This document shows, in pieces, positions 37,080-48,854 of a DNA stretch of 64,000 bases (positions are counted from its first letter, which is position 1; every line of letters begins with the position of its first letter). Position numbers and translations under genes: made by a program. The stretch is from NCBI GenBank assembly GCA_052327205.1, contig CM126223.1, forward strand, positions 40,362,001 to 40,426,000, written 5' to 3'. The notes under the pieces are model-generated. The model was not told where the DNA came from and made no database searches. It saw only the letters and a program-made list of their open reading frames with translations. Origin of the DNA: Somniosus microcephalus (lineage: Eukaryota).

Positions 37080-38668
37080 TTAGATTCGAGAAGAATAGCA
37101 CATTTAAGGAGATTTCTTTTTTAAAATTTCCTCCCCCCCCCCCCCCCCCCCCCCCCCGCCCCGCTTCTGCATTATATTCCCCATCTCTGCAAAGCGCCGA
37201 CTCTTGCTGGGTTACTGTTCCAGATCTGATGGCCACTTTCCGATATCTCACCCCGGTGGCCATTTTTCATACGTGAGCACGCAGTTCGACTTTGGCGGGT
37301 ATGCGAGTTGAGTTCAATCCCGTCCTTGCCCCCTGTCCATGCATGCACTCTCCAGCAGGGGTCACTAGAGAGTGACTGGGGGGTGGGGACCCCTCCTTAA
37401 CTAATTGTGATACATCCATTGCTGCCCAGGTTGAGGTCAGATAACTCCGAACACATTGGGGACCTCCTGGTCTGGTTGACTCAGTTACCACATCAAGGCG
37501 ATGAATTTACCTACTGAACTATCAGGGAGCTACTGTAGTAAGTTTGTTTTTAACATGAGAAATTAGAATGTGCGAGAGCCTGTTGTAATTGATAAACCTC
37601 ATCCGACCTTAAATGGGCTCTATCTTGTTAGTTGAAAAAAGGGGCTGGCTATTCCATGAAGCTGGCTGGAGTCCTGCACGGAGTCACTTGTTTATTGAGA
37701 ATGTCTTTCCCACTGGGCTTGCTTGCTAAGATACCATTGTATTCAAATCAGTTGAAAGGCTAATAGGTTTCAAAAAAGGATTTGAAAATAACAAAGGGAG
37801 ACCTATTAAAGCCAGGTTTTGCGTAAACACGGTGTACATAACACACAGATCAGTGACCCGTCAGAAGTTCAACAAACAATAGAGTGGACACCGCTTCTTA
37901 TAGGACCAGTCATCAATCCATTTGCCATTGCCAGTCTTTTACCAATGATTTGATAGCAACAGCATTGTTTTATGGATCTGCCTCTCACTAATGAAAACAC
38001 CATCTAAAACGAACATGGTTCTCATTTCATGTTATCAAATAAGATTTGTAACTTCAAGATTCAGATGTGTTGATGTGCATATTGTCAGGGCTGTTAAAGT
38101 TTAACTTGACTCTTTCGATTTAAGGAAAGGATTATAAAGATCAAATAATTCTGCAATTTTATTTTTACAGTGAAATAATTTCCGCGCTAGTTGCCAATTT
38201 TAATGAGCGACAAGACATTCATGAAATTGGGGAGGGGGCGGAGGCAGCTAGTCTGCAGCAAATTTAGCCATTGCTTTTGAGATACAGGATTTGCTAGTTT
38301 TTAATCTTTCCCCATTTAACTCATTATCAACAATTTGCTATATAGTTCAGAATCTGCTCTTAAAAGGGAGCATGGAGATGATCACATTTATAATCTGAAG
38401 CAGGGAGTACACACACCAAATGTGGGTCTCCAGATCTATGTTTTGTAGTTAGCATGATGACCGTTTTTATTAATTCTCCACTAATTGTCACCTCCCTCCC
38501 CTCCCACCAACCCCCCACCCCCCCCCGAAGATACTGACTGCTCGCTGGCTACAGTTCCATGGGCTCCCTCCAGTACCTCCTCACATGTCTGAGCTCGGAC
38601 CATGAAAGTTAGCAAGCTAACGGACACTGGGTGGCATCACACCTGAGCCCAACCCTGTCCTCCCCTAA

Positions 38669-39248
38669 TGCAAAAGCAAAATACTGCGGATGCTGGAAAT
38701 CTGAAATAAAAACAGTAAATGCTGGAAATACTCAGCAGGTCAGGCAGCATTTGTGGAGAGAGAAACAGAGTTAATGTTTCAGGTCGATGACCCTTCGTCA
38801 GAACTGGAAAAAGCTGGAGATGGAACAGGTTTTTAAGCGAGTGTAGGGGCAGGGAGAGGGGGAGGGGAGGAAAGAACAAAAGGGAAGGTCTGTGATAGGA
38901 TGGAAGGCAGGAGAGATTAAGAGACAAAAGGAATGATGGTGCAAGGCAAAAGGAGATGGTAATGGGACACGTTAGGAAACAAAAGATGGCTCTAGATGAA
39001 GGCAATGGCAGAATGAAAGACAGCTGCCATGTGAGGGAGAGGGAAAAAAATGGGGGAAAAATGATAGGGGCCGAGGTTATGGTCTGAAATTGTTGAACTT
39101 GATCTTGAGTCCAGAAGGCTGTAAAGTGCCTAATCGAAAGATGAGGTGCTGTTCCTCGAGCTTACATTGAGCTTCATTGGAACAGTGTAAGAGGCCGAGG
39201 ATGGAGAGGACAGAGTGGGAGTGGAGCGGAGAATTAAAGTGACTATGG
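38669..39248 (-). mobile_element. Penelope-like element 3' end: GIY-YIG C-terminus, 3' region and pLTR
   Basis: HFNSPLHSHSVLSILGLLHCSNEAQCKLEEQHLIFRLGTLQPSGLKIKFNNFRP*, then a pLTR containing CTGACGA..GAAA. Confidence 0.85.
38768..38806 (-). ncRNA. Minimal type I hammerhead ribozyme motif (Penelope pLTR)
   Basis: Minus strand CAGUU-CUGACGA-AGGGUCAUCGACCU-GAAA-CAUU-AACUC. Confidence 0.6.
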
Positions 39249-39679
39249 AAGGTGGCAGAGTCCGAGCAGATACGTCCTCCCCTTGTGCTGACGTGCAAAC
39301 TTCCAGCAGGAGTTGCTGTTATCAGTTGTGGAGCAGAATCCTTGGCTGATTTTCCCAACCCTAATCCAGGGGCAGAGCACTGAAACGAATTGTAGAGCCC
39401 TTGCCGCCAATTTGGTTGAGATCAGCTGAAAGTACAGACTGGGGATTGAACCTGGGACCTTTCTTGTATGACACCAAGCAATGCATTTTAACAAAACACC
39501 AATCTGTTCATTGAGTTTTCGTATAGTCTAATGTAAATCACGTCTCGAGATATTTACACGAAAACGTTCTTATGCAGTTGACTTTGGGATGCTAAGCAAA
39601 ATATTGGCACAAGTCCAGTTTTACCGTGCATTGAAAACTCATTCCACACAGCTTTGTATGCTTGCATTAAATATATATA

Positions 39680-39893
39680 CAAAAGCAAAATACTGTGGAT
39701 GCTGGAAATCTGAAATAAAAACAGAAAATGCTGGAAACACTCAGCAGGTCAGGCAGCATCTGTGGAGAGAGAAACAGAGTTAACGTTTCAGGTCGATGAC
39801 CCTTCGTCAGAACTGGAATAAGTTAGAGATGTACATCTTCCCAGAGATGCTGCCTGACCTGCTGAGTATTTCCAGCATTTTCTGTTTTCATTA
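39680..39893. mobile_element. Penelope pLTR with a partial inverted copy
   Basis: AAAACAGAAAATGCTGGAAACACTCAGCAGGTCAGGCAGCATC is mirrored by GATGCTGCCTGACCTGCTGAGTATTTCCAGCATTTTCTGTTTT. Confidence 0.8.
39777..39816 (-). ncRNA. Minimal type I hammerhead ribozyme motif with palindromic helix III
   Basis: Minus strand CCAGUU-CUGACGA-AGGGUCAUCGACCU-GAAACGU-U-AACUC: intact core boxes, helix I AGUU/AACU, helix II GGUC/GACC and an ACGU palindrome. Confidence 0.7.
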
Positions 39894-40269
39894 ATAAGCA
39901 CTTTTCTTTTATAGATCTAAAAATAAAATGTCACATTGAATTTTGAGATTTAAATGCCATTTTTCTGGCCAATGTGAAATAAGTATCACTGGTGTTACAT
40001 CTGTGGTTTGTTTACTTAACAATCAAGGAATATGGCAGCCCTGGTGTAAAAAGTAATGCATGGAAAATAATGGGCCTAATTCTTTATTATATTTCAGGAG
40101 GCTTTTGTATTTATCCTGCTGTGGAGTGGAGTATTGGTCAGTGTGTTGAGTGACTGTTTGAATGCCCCAGGTTAGAGGGCGCCCAGGATTATATGATCAG
40201 GTTACCTGCACATTTGATGAACAGGGCAAGATTTCACAGTCTAGTGACTGCTTGCAAGGTAGTCAATTC

Positions 40270-40627
40270 CTTTTCTGTAATCTCCTTCAGCCCCACAACC
40301 CCCCCGAGATATCTGCGCTCCTCTAATTCTGCCCTCTTGAGCACCCCTGATTATAATTGCTCAACCATTGGTGGCCGTGCCTTCTGTTGCCTAGGCCCTA
40401 AGCTCTGGAATTCCCTGCCTAAACCTCTCCACCTCTCTACCTCTCTTTCCTCCTTTAAGACACTCCTTAAAACCTACCTATTTGACCAAGCTTTTGGTCA
40501 CCTGCTCTAATTTCTCCTTACGTGGCTCGGTGTCAACATATTTTGTCTTTTAATACTGTGGTGAAGCACCTTAGGACGTTTTACTACGTTAAAGGCGCTA
40601 TATAAATACAAGTTGCTGTTGTTGTTG
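40270..40627 (+). mobile_element. L2 LINE 3' end
   Basis: TIGGRAFCCLGPKLWNSLP..SFKTLLKTYLFDQAF, with tail AAAGGCGCTATATAAATACAAG(TTG)n. Confidence 0.85.
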
Positions 40628-40677
40628 TGGTGCATTTGAACTTCTCTCACTCTGTCTGAAAACTGCACAAACTCTTT

Positions 40678-42204
40678 GGCCTAGAAATTCGGTATAGCCC
40701 CGTTTGGGGCGTTAGATCTGGCGAAGCGCTAAGAGTACCGCCAGCTGCGACTTAGCGCCACCTGGCGCGATATTGGGTCGTTGCGCCCCTGATGGTGTTT
40801 GCGGCGGTAAATCAGGCGATCTGGCGAAGCGCTAAGAGTACCGCCAGCTGCGACTTAGCGCCACCTGGCGCGATATTGGGTCGTTGCGCCCCTGATGGTG
40901 TTTGCGGCGGTAAATCAGGCGCTGCACGTGACTCTTAAGGCGCTAATGCGAAGGCGCTACCCAATATCGCTGCGGCGGGGCGCAGCGCAGGTGCTTTCAA
41001 TAATCACTTTCCCTGAGACACACTGGCGCCGGCCAGCTCTTAAAGGGGCAGGTCAATTGGCATCACCAGACACACTCACTGCCTTGTAGGCCTTCAAAGC
41101 GGTGGGAGCCTACCTGTGGCACACCAACCTAGCAAGCAATGGAAAGGGTGAGGCAGAGGGCGTAACGCCTCACTGATGGGGCATTGGATGCTTTGGTTGG
41201 CGCAGTGGAATCAATGCCAAGGAAGATGGTTGGAATGTGATTTATGTTTTGGACAGTCTCCCGGGTGTGAGAGCCAGTTATTTGTCAATGTATTAGTTTT
41301 GCTTTCTGTTGCCATAGCTTTCTCATGTTTGAAGGAACCACATTTTGTGTAATGAAACACTTTCTTCATTTACAATGGCCATGCCTGCTATTTACATGCG
41401 TCTTGCCCTTCACAGGCTTGGGGGTATCAGACCGGCTGCAGATCTGGCTGAAGCAGCTGGTACAGCTCAGTCACCACCTCCTTTTCTAAATCGCAGCCTT
41501 CTGACACACTGCTCCTCCGGCATGTTCATGTACGAAAACTGCTGTCGGAAAACCCTGCCAGCGTAAGGTCTGCTGTGGCGACGTCTGTTGGCCCTCCTCC
41601 GTCTGGCCATGCCCGCCCCCCTCTCCCAGCGTCTCAGTGCCCTTTCCAGATGATTCAGCAGCAGGACGTTCCCCTCCAATGCAGGCCCCATAATAAGTGC
41701 CCACAGGAAGGTTCCCCGTTGTCAAGGCTCACCAACAGCAAGGCGATGGTCAGAAGGCTGCTGTTCCTCTGCCAGCGTGGGCCCAGTGGTCAAATGGCTC
41801 TCAGTGTGCAGGTCAGCAACTCTTTTTGTAGCTCTCGAGGAAGTTGTGCACCAGAAATGTTTGCCGTTTTTAAACCACACCAGTCCCCTTTAAATAACGC
41901 TCCTCCAGCCCGAAAGCGACTTGGTAAGGCCCAGGAAAACTGTCACTAATAGCGCCAGGCGCTACGGAAGGAGGCGCCACTGAATTTCCCGTCTGGGGCG
42001 CCGAAAAGGCGTTGCACACTCAGATGACATCATAATTAGCCTGCACCCATGAGCGGGCGCTAAGTGTTAGCGCCGGCGCTAAATGCATACTCAATATGGG
42101 GCGAGGCGCTAAACGCCTTGCGCCCCACCGGAATTTGGCTATCGCCCCAATTATTGCCCTCTTTAGGCGCTAATCCCTGGCGCAACCAACCGAATTTCTA
42201 GGCC
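40678..42204. mobile_element. Internally deleted PIF/Harbinger transposon retaining the transposase N-terminus (-) and Myb ORF start (+)
   Basis: Perfect TIRs GGCCTAGAAATTCGG and CCGAATTTCTAGGCC with TTT flanks. Minus ORF MGPAL...RRHSRPYAGRVFRQQFSYMNMPEEQCVRRLRFRK then VTELYQLLQPDLQP. Plus strand MERVRQRA*RLTDGALDALV from about 41139. Confidence 0.85.
40715..40920 (+). repeat. Perfect 103-bp tandem duplication inside the Harbinger element
   Basis: GATCTGGCGAAGCGCTAAG...GGTAAATCAGGC at 40715 and again at 40818. Confidence 0.9.
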
Positions 42205-43321
42205 TTTTTTTCTCTGCATGAACTACTTCCTCCCTGTGTATTTGAATTTCTCTCTCTCCCCATGTCTCAAACTTCTGCCTCTGTGCCTGAACCCTAAACC
42301 CGCGCCTCAATATGATTCTAAACCCGGGTTCCCATCTGATCCCAAACTCAACTCTCAAATTAATCCTAAACCAGAGAGAATGAATTCTGAAATAAAGTTG
42401 CTGGAGTGGCTTTATTGGGGAGGGTGGCGTTATTTAATCCACATCAAAATGACCTCCGACTTCGCAACAGGATGCCTGCCCTGGAATAAAGAGGCTGCGG
42501 CAGAAAGGAGAGTGGGAGATGCGGGGAAAGCAGCGATGATGTAGCAGGAGGGGCGTTACAGAGGAGGAAAGAACTAAGAGCCAAGATAATAATCAAGATA
42601 AAAGAGACAAGAAAGTTAATATTAAAGAGAGATGTCAGAGCTGAAATTGGTGCGTGTTTGTGACATGTCAGAACACGAGACATTGAAGCACTTTGGGTGG
42701 TCTTGACCTTGTGGGCTATTTGCCATTCTAGTTTTCAAATCTATCTCATCCCCGCAGGTCTAAATATTTATTTAATTCTCTTGTGTGGCATACTGTAGAA
42801 ATTGACAGAGAATTGTTTTCAGTACCTATGAAGAAAATGTGTGCTTTTTGAGAAATCTAAAGGTCTTTTGATACTCAAAAGAGTTAAGTGAATTGAAATT
42901 GAAAATCCAAATAGTCATTTTCTGTCTACACGTTCTCTGAATTCCAGCTGAAATGAATAGAGTTTTGTTCAGCTTACATATTTTACTATGTGTACAATTA
43001 CACCCCTCATTTCACACACTCCTTTACAATGTGTGGCGCAACTTCTGTTATTTTCACAAGCTACCAAGTGGCAGCAAGTTAAAAGCGTGAATGGGATGAA
43101 ACCACGTACATTCCAGAAAATCTTCCACCGTAGTTTTTTTTTTAAATTGCGCAAACTGACACTTTTTACTAGTGAGCTCCCAAATAAAGGAACATTTCTG
43201 GTCAATGGAAGATTAGTTTTATGGTCACTCAATAGGAATGAACTGCAGCATGGTGAGCCATGTAGGACCTAACTGCCCCTCTTGGAGATCCAAGCTAGCC
43301 TAGTTGCTGAAGGTATGTAGT

Positions 43322-43553
43322 TGTTGACGTGAATCTTGTCATTCATGTGGAAATGACTTAAGAAATAATACTGGGCGGCCTGCTGGTGGCGCTGTCCAGG
43401 GAGAGTATAAATGCTCGGGCATGGGCCCAGCTTGCTCAGGACATTCTTTAACAGGAACTAGTGAAGGACACAACTAGATCGCCATGTTGGAAAACAGTCG
43501 ATTAAAGCCTTGTTAACTACTAGGCACTTGGTCTGAGTATTATTCTTGCATCA
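43322..43553 (+). mobile_element. Probable solo LTR
   Basis: TGTTG...CATCA ends, TATAAA at 43406, ATTAAA at 43501, and a GGTGGCGCTGT core shared with the LTR at 1-210. TSD is not clean. Confidence 0.55.
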
Positions 43554-43967
43554 GTTGGTCAATGCAGAAGATCAGTCTGAAATGTTACACTCTGGGTATG
43601 TCTGGAAAGTGACCACATTACTGACCAGCTGCTGCTTAATTTAGGGGCAAGCTCCATTGACTTTGGTTTCTACCCTTTCCATTTTATAAGTGGCCATACG
43701 AGCAGGTGGTACAGGCCCTGTTTCCAATTAAAAGATAAATCTCAGAAAAATTATGCAAATACACAAAAGATCTACAAAGAGGAAAGTCTGATCAAAATTT
43801 CTGTTTGAGACCCATCATCAGAATTGACAAAAGGGCCTTAAACTACAGGAAACTTTGGTTTAACCGGAGGTTGTATGTCCGGAAACCTCGCTCTACCGGC
43901 AGAATTCGCCCCCCGAAAACAGCGCCTGAGTAACCGGCAATGTTGCCGGTTCCGAGTCTCCAACGGT

Positions 43968-44323
43968 GGCAGCACGGTGACATAGTGGTTAGCACTGTTG
44001 CCTCACAGCGCCAGGGACCCGGGTTCGAATCCGGCCTCGGGTGACTGTCTGTGTGGAGTTTGCACATTCTCCCCGTGTTTGCGTGGGTTTTCTCCGGGTG
44101 CTCCGGTTTCCTCCCACAGTCCAAAGATGTGCAGGTTAGGTTGATTGGCTATGATAAAAATTGACCCTTAGTGTTAGGGGGATTAAATACGTGGGGTTAC
44201 GGGGATAGGGGTGGGATATGTGTTGATGTAGGGGTTACGGGGATCGGGTGGGATATGTGTCGGTGCAGGCTCGATGGGCCGAAATGGCCTCTATCTGCAC
44301 TGTGGGGTTTCTGTGATTCTGTG
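43968..44323 (+). mobile_element. HE1-like V-SINE nested in the Tigger
   Basis: tRNA head (AGTGGTTAGC, GGGTTCGAATCC), V-domain TGTGTGGAGTTTGCACATTCTCCCCGTG..GGGTGCTCCGGTTTCCTCCCAC, and CR1-like tail GCAGGCTCGATGGGCCGAAATGGCCT. Confidence 0.88.
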
Positions 44324-44430
44324 GTTGCCGAGTTCGTCAGTGGGGGTAGTTCTACAAACTGCCACTACTCGGCCTCTTGGCGCCAGCGGAACTCGGATCA
44401 CCTCAGAAACCCTGCATCAGGAGTCTCACC

Positions 44431-44638
44431 CTCCCATGCTGCCGGTAGCCTCTTCTGATCTGCCATTTTTTGGGGTTCCAGTCCAGTACTGTGTGTCTCC
44501 CATGCTGCCGGTAGCCTCTTCTGATCTGCCATTTTTTGGGGTTCCAGTACAGTACTGTGTGTCTCCCATGCTGCCGGTAGCCTCCTCTGATCCGCCATGT
44601 TTCAGGGCTCCAGTCCAGTACTGTGTGTCTCCAATGCT
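44431..44638 (+). repeat. 66-bp minisatellite, about 3.1 units, just 5' of the transposase ATG
   Basis: CTCCCATGCTGCCGGTAGCC unit starts at 44431, 44497 and 44563, with a partial at 44629. Confidence 0.9.
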
Positions 44639-44661
44639 GTTGCAACTCATTGGACTGCATT

Positions 44662-46399
44662 ATGGAAATGCCAAAAGTTGATCCAACCAAAAGGAAGAGG
44701 GTGGTGTTAACTTTAAAGCAGAAAATTGATATATGCAAACGACTAGAAATGGGAGCGAAGCGTATGCACATTATGAAAGAATTCAAAATCGGTTCGTCAA
44801 CAATGTACGACATCAAAGCGCAGAAGGATAAGCTGCTCAAGTTTTATGCAAGCTCGGAGATACCTAAGAGTGTAGAGAAACGGCGCACGCTTCGTAAGCC
44901 TAAGCTTGAAGAGCTGGATACCGTGCTTTGAGTGGTTTGCTCTGAAGCGTTCAGAGGGTGTTCCGATTTCCGGACCCATGCTAATATCAAAAGCGAAGGA
45001 TTTTTATGCAAAGATGGAGCTCACTGACAAGTGTGCTTTCTCTGATGGATGGCTATCGTGCTTCAAGGCACGGCATGGGATACGACGACTCGATGTTTGC
45101 GGGGAGAAGAAATCAGCTGATCACAACGCCGCAGAAGAATACTGCGATTATTTCAATCGGATTGTGCAGCAACATGATTTGTCGCCAGCACAGCTATACA
45201 ATGCCGATGAAACGGGCTTATTTTGGAGGTGTTTGCCAGAATCGACACTTGCTGGGGCTAGTGAGGCTAATGCTTCAGGTTACAAGAAAAATAAAGATCG
45301 TGTAACCGTGCTAACATATGCGAACGCTGCTGGATCACACCGGGTTAAACTTCTCGTCCTTGGGAAGTATAAAAATCCCCGTGCATTTAAAAATGTGAGG
45401 CACTTACCTGTTGAGTACAAAGCTCAAGCAAATGCTTGGATGGATAAGGGAATCTTTTCAAATTGGTTCCATCATACTTTTGCTCCATCTGTGAGGGAAC
45501 ATTTGCGTAGAATAAGGAAACCTGAAGATAACAAATGCATTTTATTGCTGGATAATTGTAGAGCCCATCCGCATGAATCCAAGTTGGTTTCTGGAAATAT
45601 TTTCACCATTTATTTGCCACCAAATGTAACTTCTCTCATACAACCCATGGACCAGGGCGTTATCCAAAATCTCAAGTGTTGTTACAAGAAAGACTTCCTA
45701 CGTAGACTGATAAGCCAAGATGACAGTACAGGTACTATTCAGGCATTTCGGAAGGAATACAACCTTAAAGATGCCATCTTTAATGTTGCATGTTCCTGGA
45801 AATTGGTGAAAGGTCACACTTTGAGACAAGCCTGGTGCAAATTGTGGCCTTCTGTAATGTTTGCTGAAGGTTCTTCTTCAGAGGAGGAATTTCGTGGGTT
45901 CAATGTTCGTCCGCGGAAGACTGCAGTAATGGAAATGGCTGACATGGTGAAAGATGTAGGCCCAGCAAACCCTCTACATCACCTCAGTGAAAGTGATATT
46001 GAGCAGTGGGTTGATGCCGATAGAGAAGTTGCTGTTGTGCATTTGCTAAGTGATGATGAAATAATGGAGAATGTTTTGAATCCAAGGAAAGAAAAGGAAA
46101 GTGTGATGGAAAATGAAGACGATGAGATTTCTGAAGTGAACAAGATTTCTTGGGCTAAAGCTGCAGCAGACCTTGCTTCATTCATCAAATTTGCTGAAAG
46201 CCGTTCTTGCTATTCTGCCCAAGAAGTTATGCAGCTCCATATTCTGCAGTCTACCTTTCTGCAAAGAAGGCAAGAGTCCACTAAGCAAGCAGACATCCGG
46301 GACATGTTTAAGAAAGCTTCCAAAAGAGTCGGAGCACTGGAAGTGCCTGAAGAATCTGTTGAAGTGCATGATCCTGATGAACCAGTTGGCTTGGAATAA
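44662..46399 (+). pseudogene. Tigger (Jerky/TIGD-like) transposase, DD32D, one apparent frameshift near 44925
   Basis: [15 protein letters not shown]-psq start, CENP-B HTH ([23 protein letters not shown]), NADETG, LLLDNC and QPMDQG, with 32 residues between the 2nd and 3rd D. Confidence 0.9.
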
Positions 46400-48065
46400 G
46401 TGTACAGTCAACCACCGTACAGTACTTTATACTGTACTGTACAGTCATTTATAAGTTTTGTTTTACTGTTAAGTTATTAAAGAGTTATGGATTACCATCA
46501 ACTGGCAGTACTGTACTTCATCAAGCATCTTTCACCATCCATTTAACACAACATTCTGTAGGTGAGTACCCAATTACTGTATATTGCACATTTCTTGATT
46601 TTTAAATTTTTCTTAGTTAAAAACAGCCTGGGTAGATAATCCGCTCACCACTCTGGAACTTTTGATAGATCGGCATCACGCCGGTCCCGTCGGTGCCGGA
46701 TATCAGAACTTTTCCTGTAACATGTTGGCCTCAGACCCCGATTCACTTGCTATGTGTTGCTAGCATTTTCTGTTTTTATTTCAGATTTCCAACGTTCACA
46801 GTTTTTTTTTCTTGTAATCTTGAAGGTAATTTTTCTTTGCTGAGAATGCCGATAGAAAATGTGGGGGTGTCCTGGAATATGATGGGCAGGGTGTGCCCGA
46901 ATTTTCAGTATGTATCCTTGGTAGGCGAGGCATGAGGTTGGAAAATTACCCCCTGAATTATAAATTGCAGGCTCTGCAGCCGAGTAGTTCAGATGCATCC
47001 GCTTGTGACTCCCAACCAGAAGGCATTCAAAAATCATCCGTTGGTAATTGGGTGAGTTTTGTTAGAAGTTAGAGCAGAATGTCCTCAGGGTTTTGGGTTC
47101 ATTTGGGATTGTTATCGGGGTGGGTGGAAGTTCGGATGAGACCGGTTCACGTTGGATCTCCGCCGTTTTGGCTTCTTTGGGGTCTGCTGCATTTTGTATC
47201 TGGCCCCATTGTTGGTAACATCAGGGAAAGCAGTAAGACTAAGGAGATGACATTATCTGACAGAATTCCTGCCAGTTGTGCCTCAGTTGCCCCCAGTGTG
47301 CATGAAGCAGGTGTTCTATATGTTTCAGGATCACACCCTGTTGGAACTGAGGCCCACTATCTCTTTGCTTTTCGTTGACCCTTCCTCTGGCATTGAATCC
47401 TACCCTCCCATCATCTTGGCTTTGTTCACTTAAGCCTGCTTAATAAGCCTTGTTGACTACACCACACAAAAGCCCAGTTTCCTTAAGTCAGCAAGTTGCA
47501 AACTGATCGGCTGCCATAAGGTTACTGGCCTTTCTGGAAATGGGCCAAGTTTTTTTTTTAGCAGGCCTCTTCATCCATAGTTGCTGGCACTCCTCCCAGC
47601 AACTGGCCTTCTTTGCAAATTTCCTCTCCCCATGGGCACCCAAGCTGCACTACTATTGACGTGGGCACCCACCCACTGCCCCCCTGACTCCAGGAATTCA
47701 AAGGGGATCTGGGGCCAGTGGCTAATGACGCTGCCATGGTAACGGTGGTGGAACGGAATTGCGGATTTTCCAGGCTATTGTGTGTCCTGTTAGATGAATA
47801 CTGGATTGACATGAAGGACTCCATCAGCAGAGGTAGGATTGAGTGTAGGTATGGAGAAATCTTATGGCCCTACAACTGACTGTGCCAATGAAAGGGGAGA
47901 AAAATAATGGCCACAGTTTTGTAAATAAATTGAGATTGAAGTGCATAAAGATTACCAGTGAGTGACAGCGTGTCCTGTAATACCCTACGTTTCCTGGCTA
48001 CAGGTAACTGGTAAAATTTGATTTACAAGTGCGAATATAAAGGAACAACGATGTTCTTGAAGAAA

Positions 48066-48088
48066 TATATATATATATATATATATAT
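48066..48088. repeat. (TA)n microsatellite
   Basis: Direct observation. Confidence 0.9.
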
Positions 48089-48854
48089 AACGCACTTTGC
48101 TTCATTGTCACTCCAAGGATATACTCCAGTTCTGAGGAATGTAGGAAGTTTAAAGAATACTGAAAATAAATTAAAATATCACAAAGCCATATTAAACGTG
48201 GATTAAGAAGGTTACATTTCTAGAAAACTTCATCACATTAATGGTAATCGGGGACATTGTGATTTTCATGCTGCAAAGCTGTGTTGGCAGTAAAAATAAC
48301 TGAGCTATTTGTAGACCATCCATCTGTAGCAAGAATATTTATGGATGTGAAAAGTTGCAAGTGCCAGAGTGAGATGCTGTGTTCCATAACACGGTAAATA
48401 CTGATATTTTGGAGAGAAAAAAAAGACGTTCTTGCCCAGTGACTCTGTTAATTCCCTGTGGAACTGAGACAGCCGACTGACGGCAGTGGGCCTGGTTAAG
48501 GGAGGGAAAATCAGATAGAGTTCCTGGTTTCTCCCGATTTCCCGCCGTAACTCAGGCGGAGGCCCAGGATAAATGGCATAAATGACTGTCTCATCAGGAG
48601 ACACCACCGCCCCCCCCGGGGAAATTCCAGGTGCCTGTTTCTAATCTAATGAGGCCGGAATCAGGCTCGGGTGTGATGCCTTCCACACTCGCTATGTAGG
48701 TGTATACATGAGGAGTGGGCATTTGGACAGAATACCAGCGGGATGCTGACGTCTGTGGAAGCGCAACCCAGCAAGAGTCAGCACCTTGTGTAGAGGAGGG
48801 AGAAAAATATGACAGAAACTTATCGGGGGAACTATGTGATGGATGTTTTGATGG

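Larger units (their letters stand above)
43846..46717 (+). mobile_element. Tigger/pogo DNA transposon, full length
   Basis: TA|CAGGAAACTTTGGTTTAACCGG ... CCGGATATCAGAACTTTTCCTG|TA (imperfect 22-bp TIRs, TA TSD). Inserted in a degenerate Penelope pLTR palindrome. Confidence 0.88.

Noticed and set aside
43968-44040. tRNA-like sequence (also the heads at about 16365, 25590 and 30915)
   Set aside because: These are SINE heads continuing into SINE bodies, not tRNA genes.
44431-44638. Regular repeat considered as a CRISPR-like array
   Set aside because: Head-to-tail identical units with no unique spacers, in eukaryotic context.
44662-46399. Domesticated TIGD/JRK host gene
   Set aside because: TIRs, TA duplication and a frameshift indicate a transposon copy.
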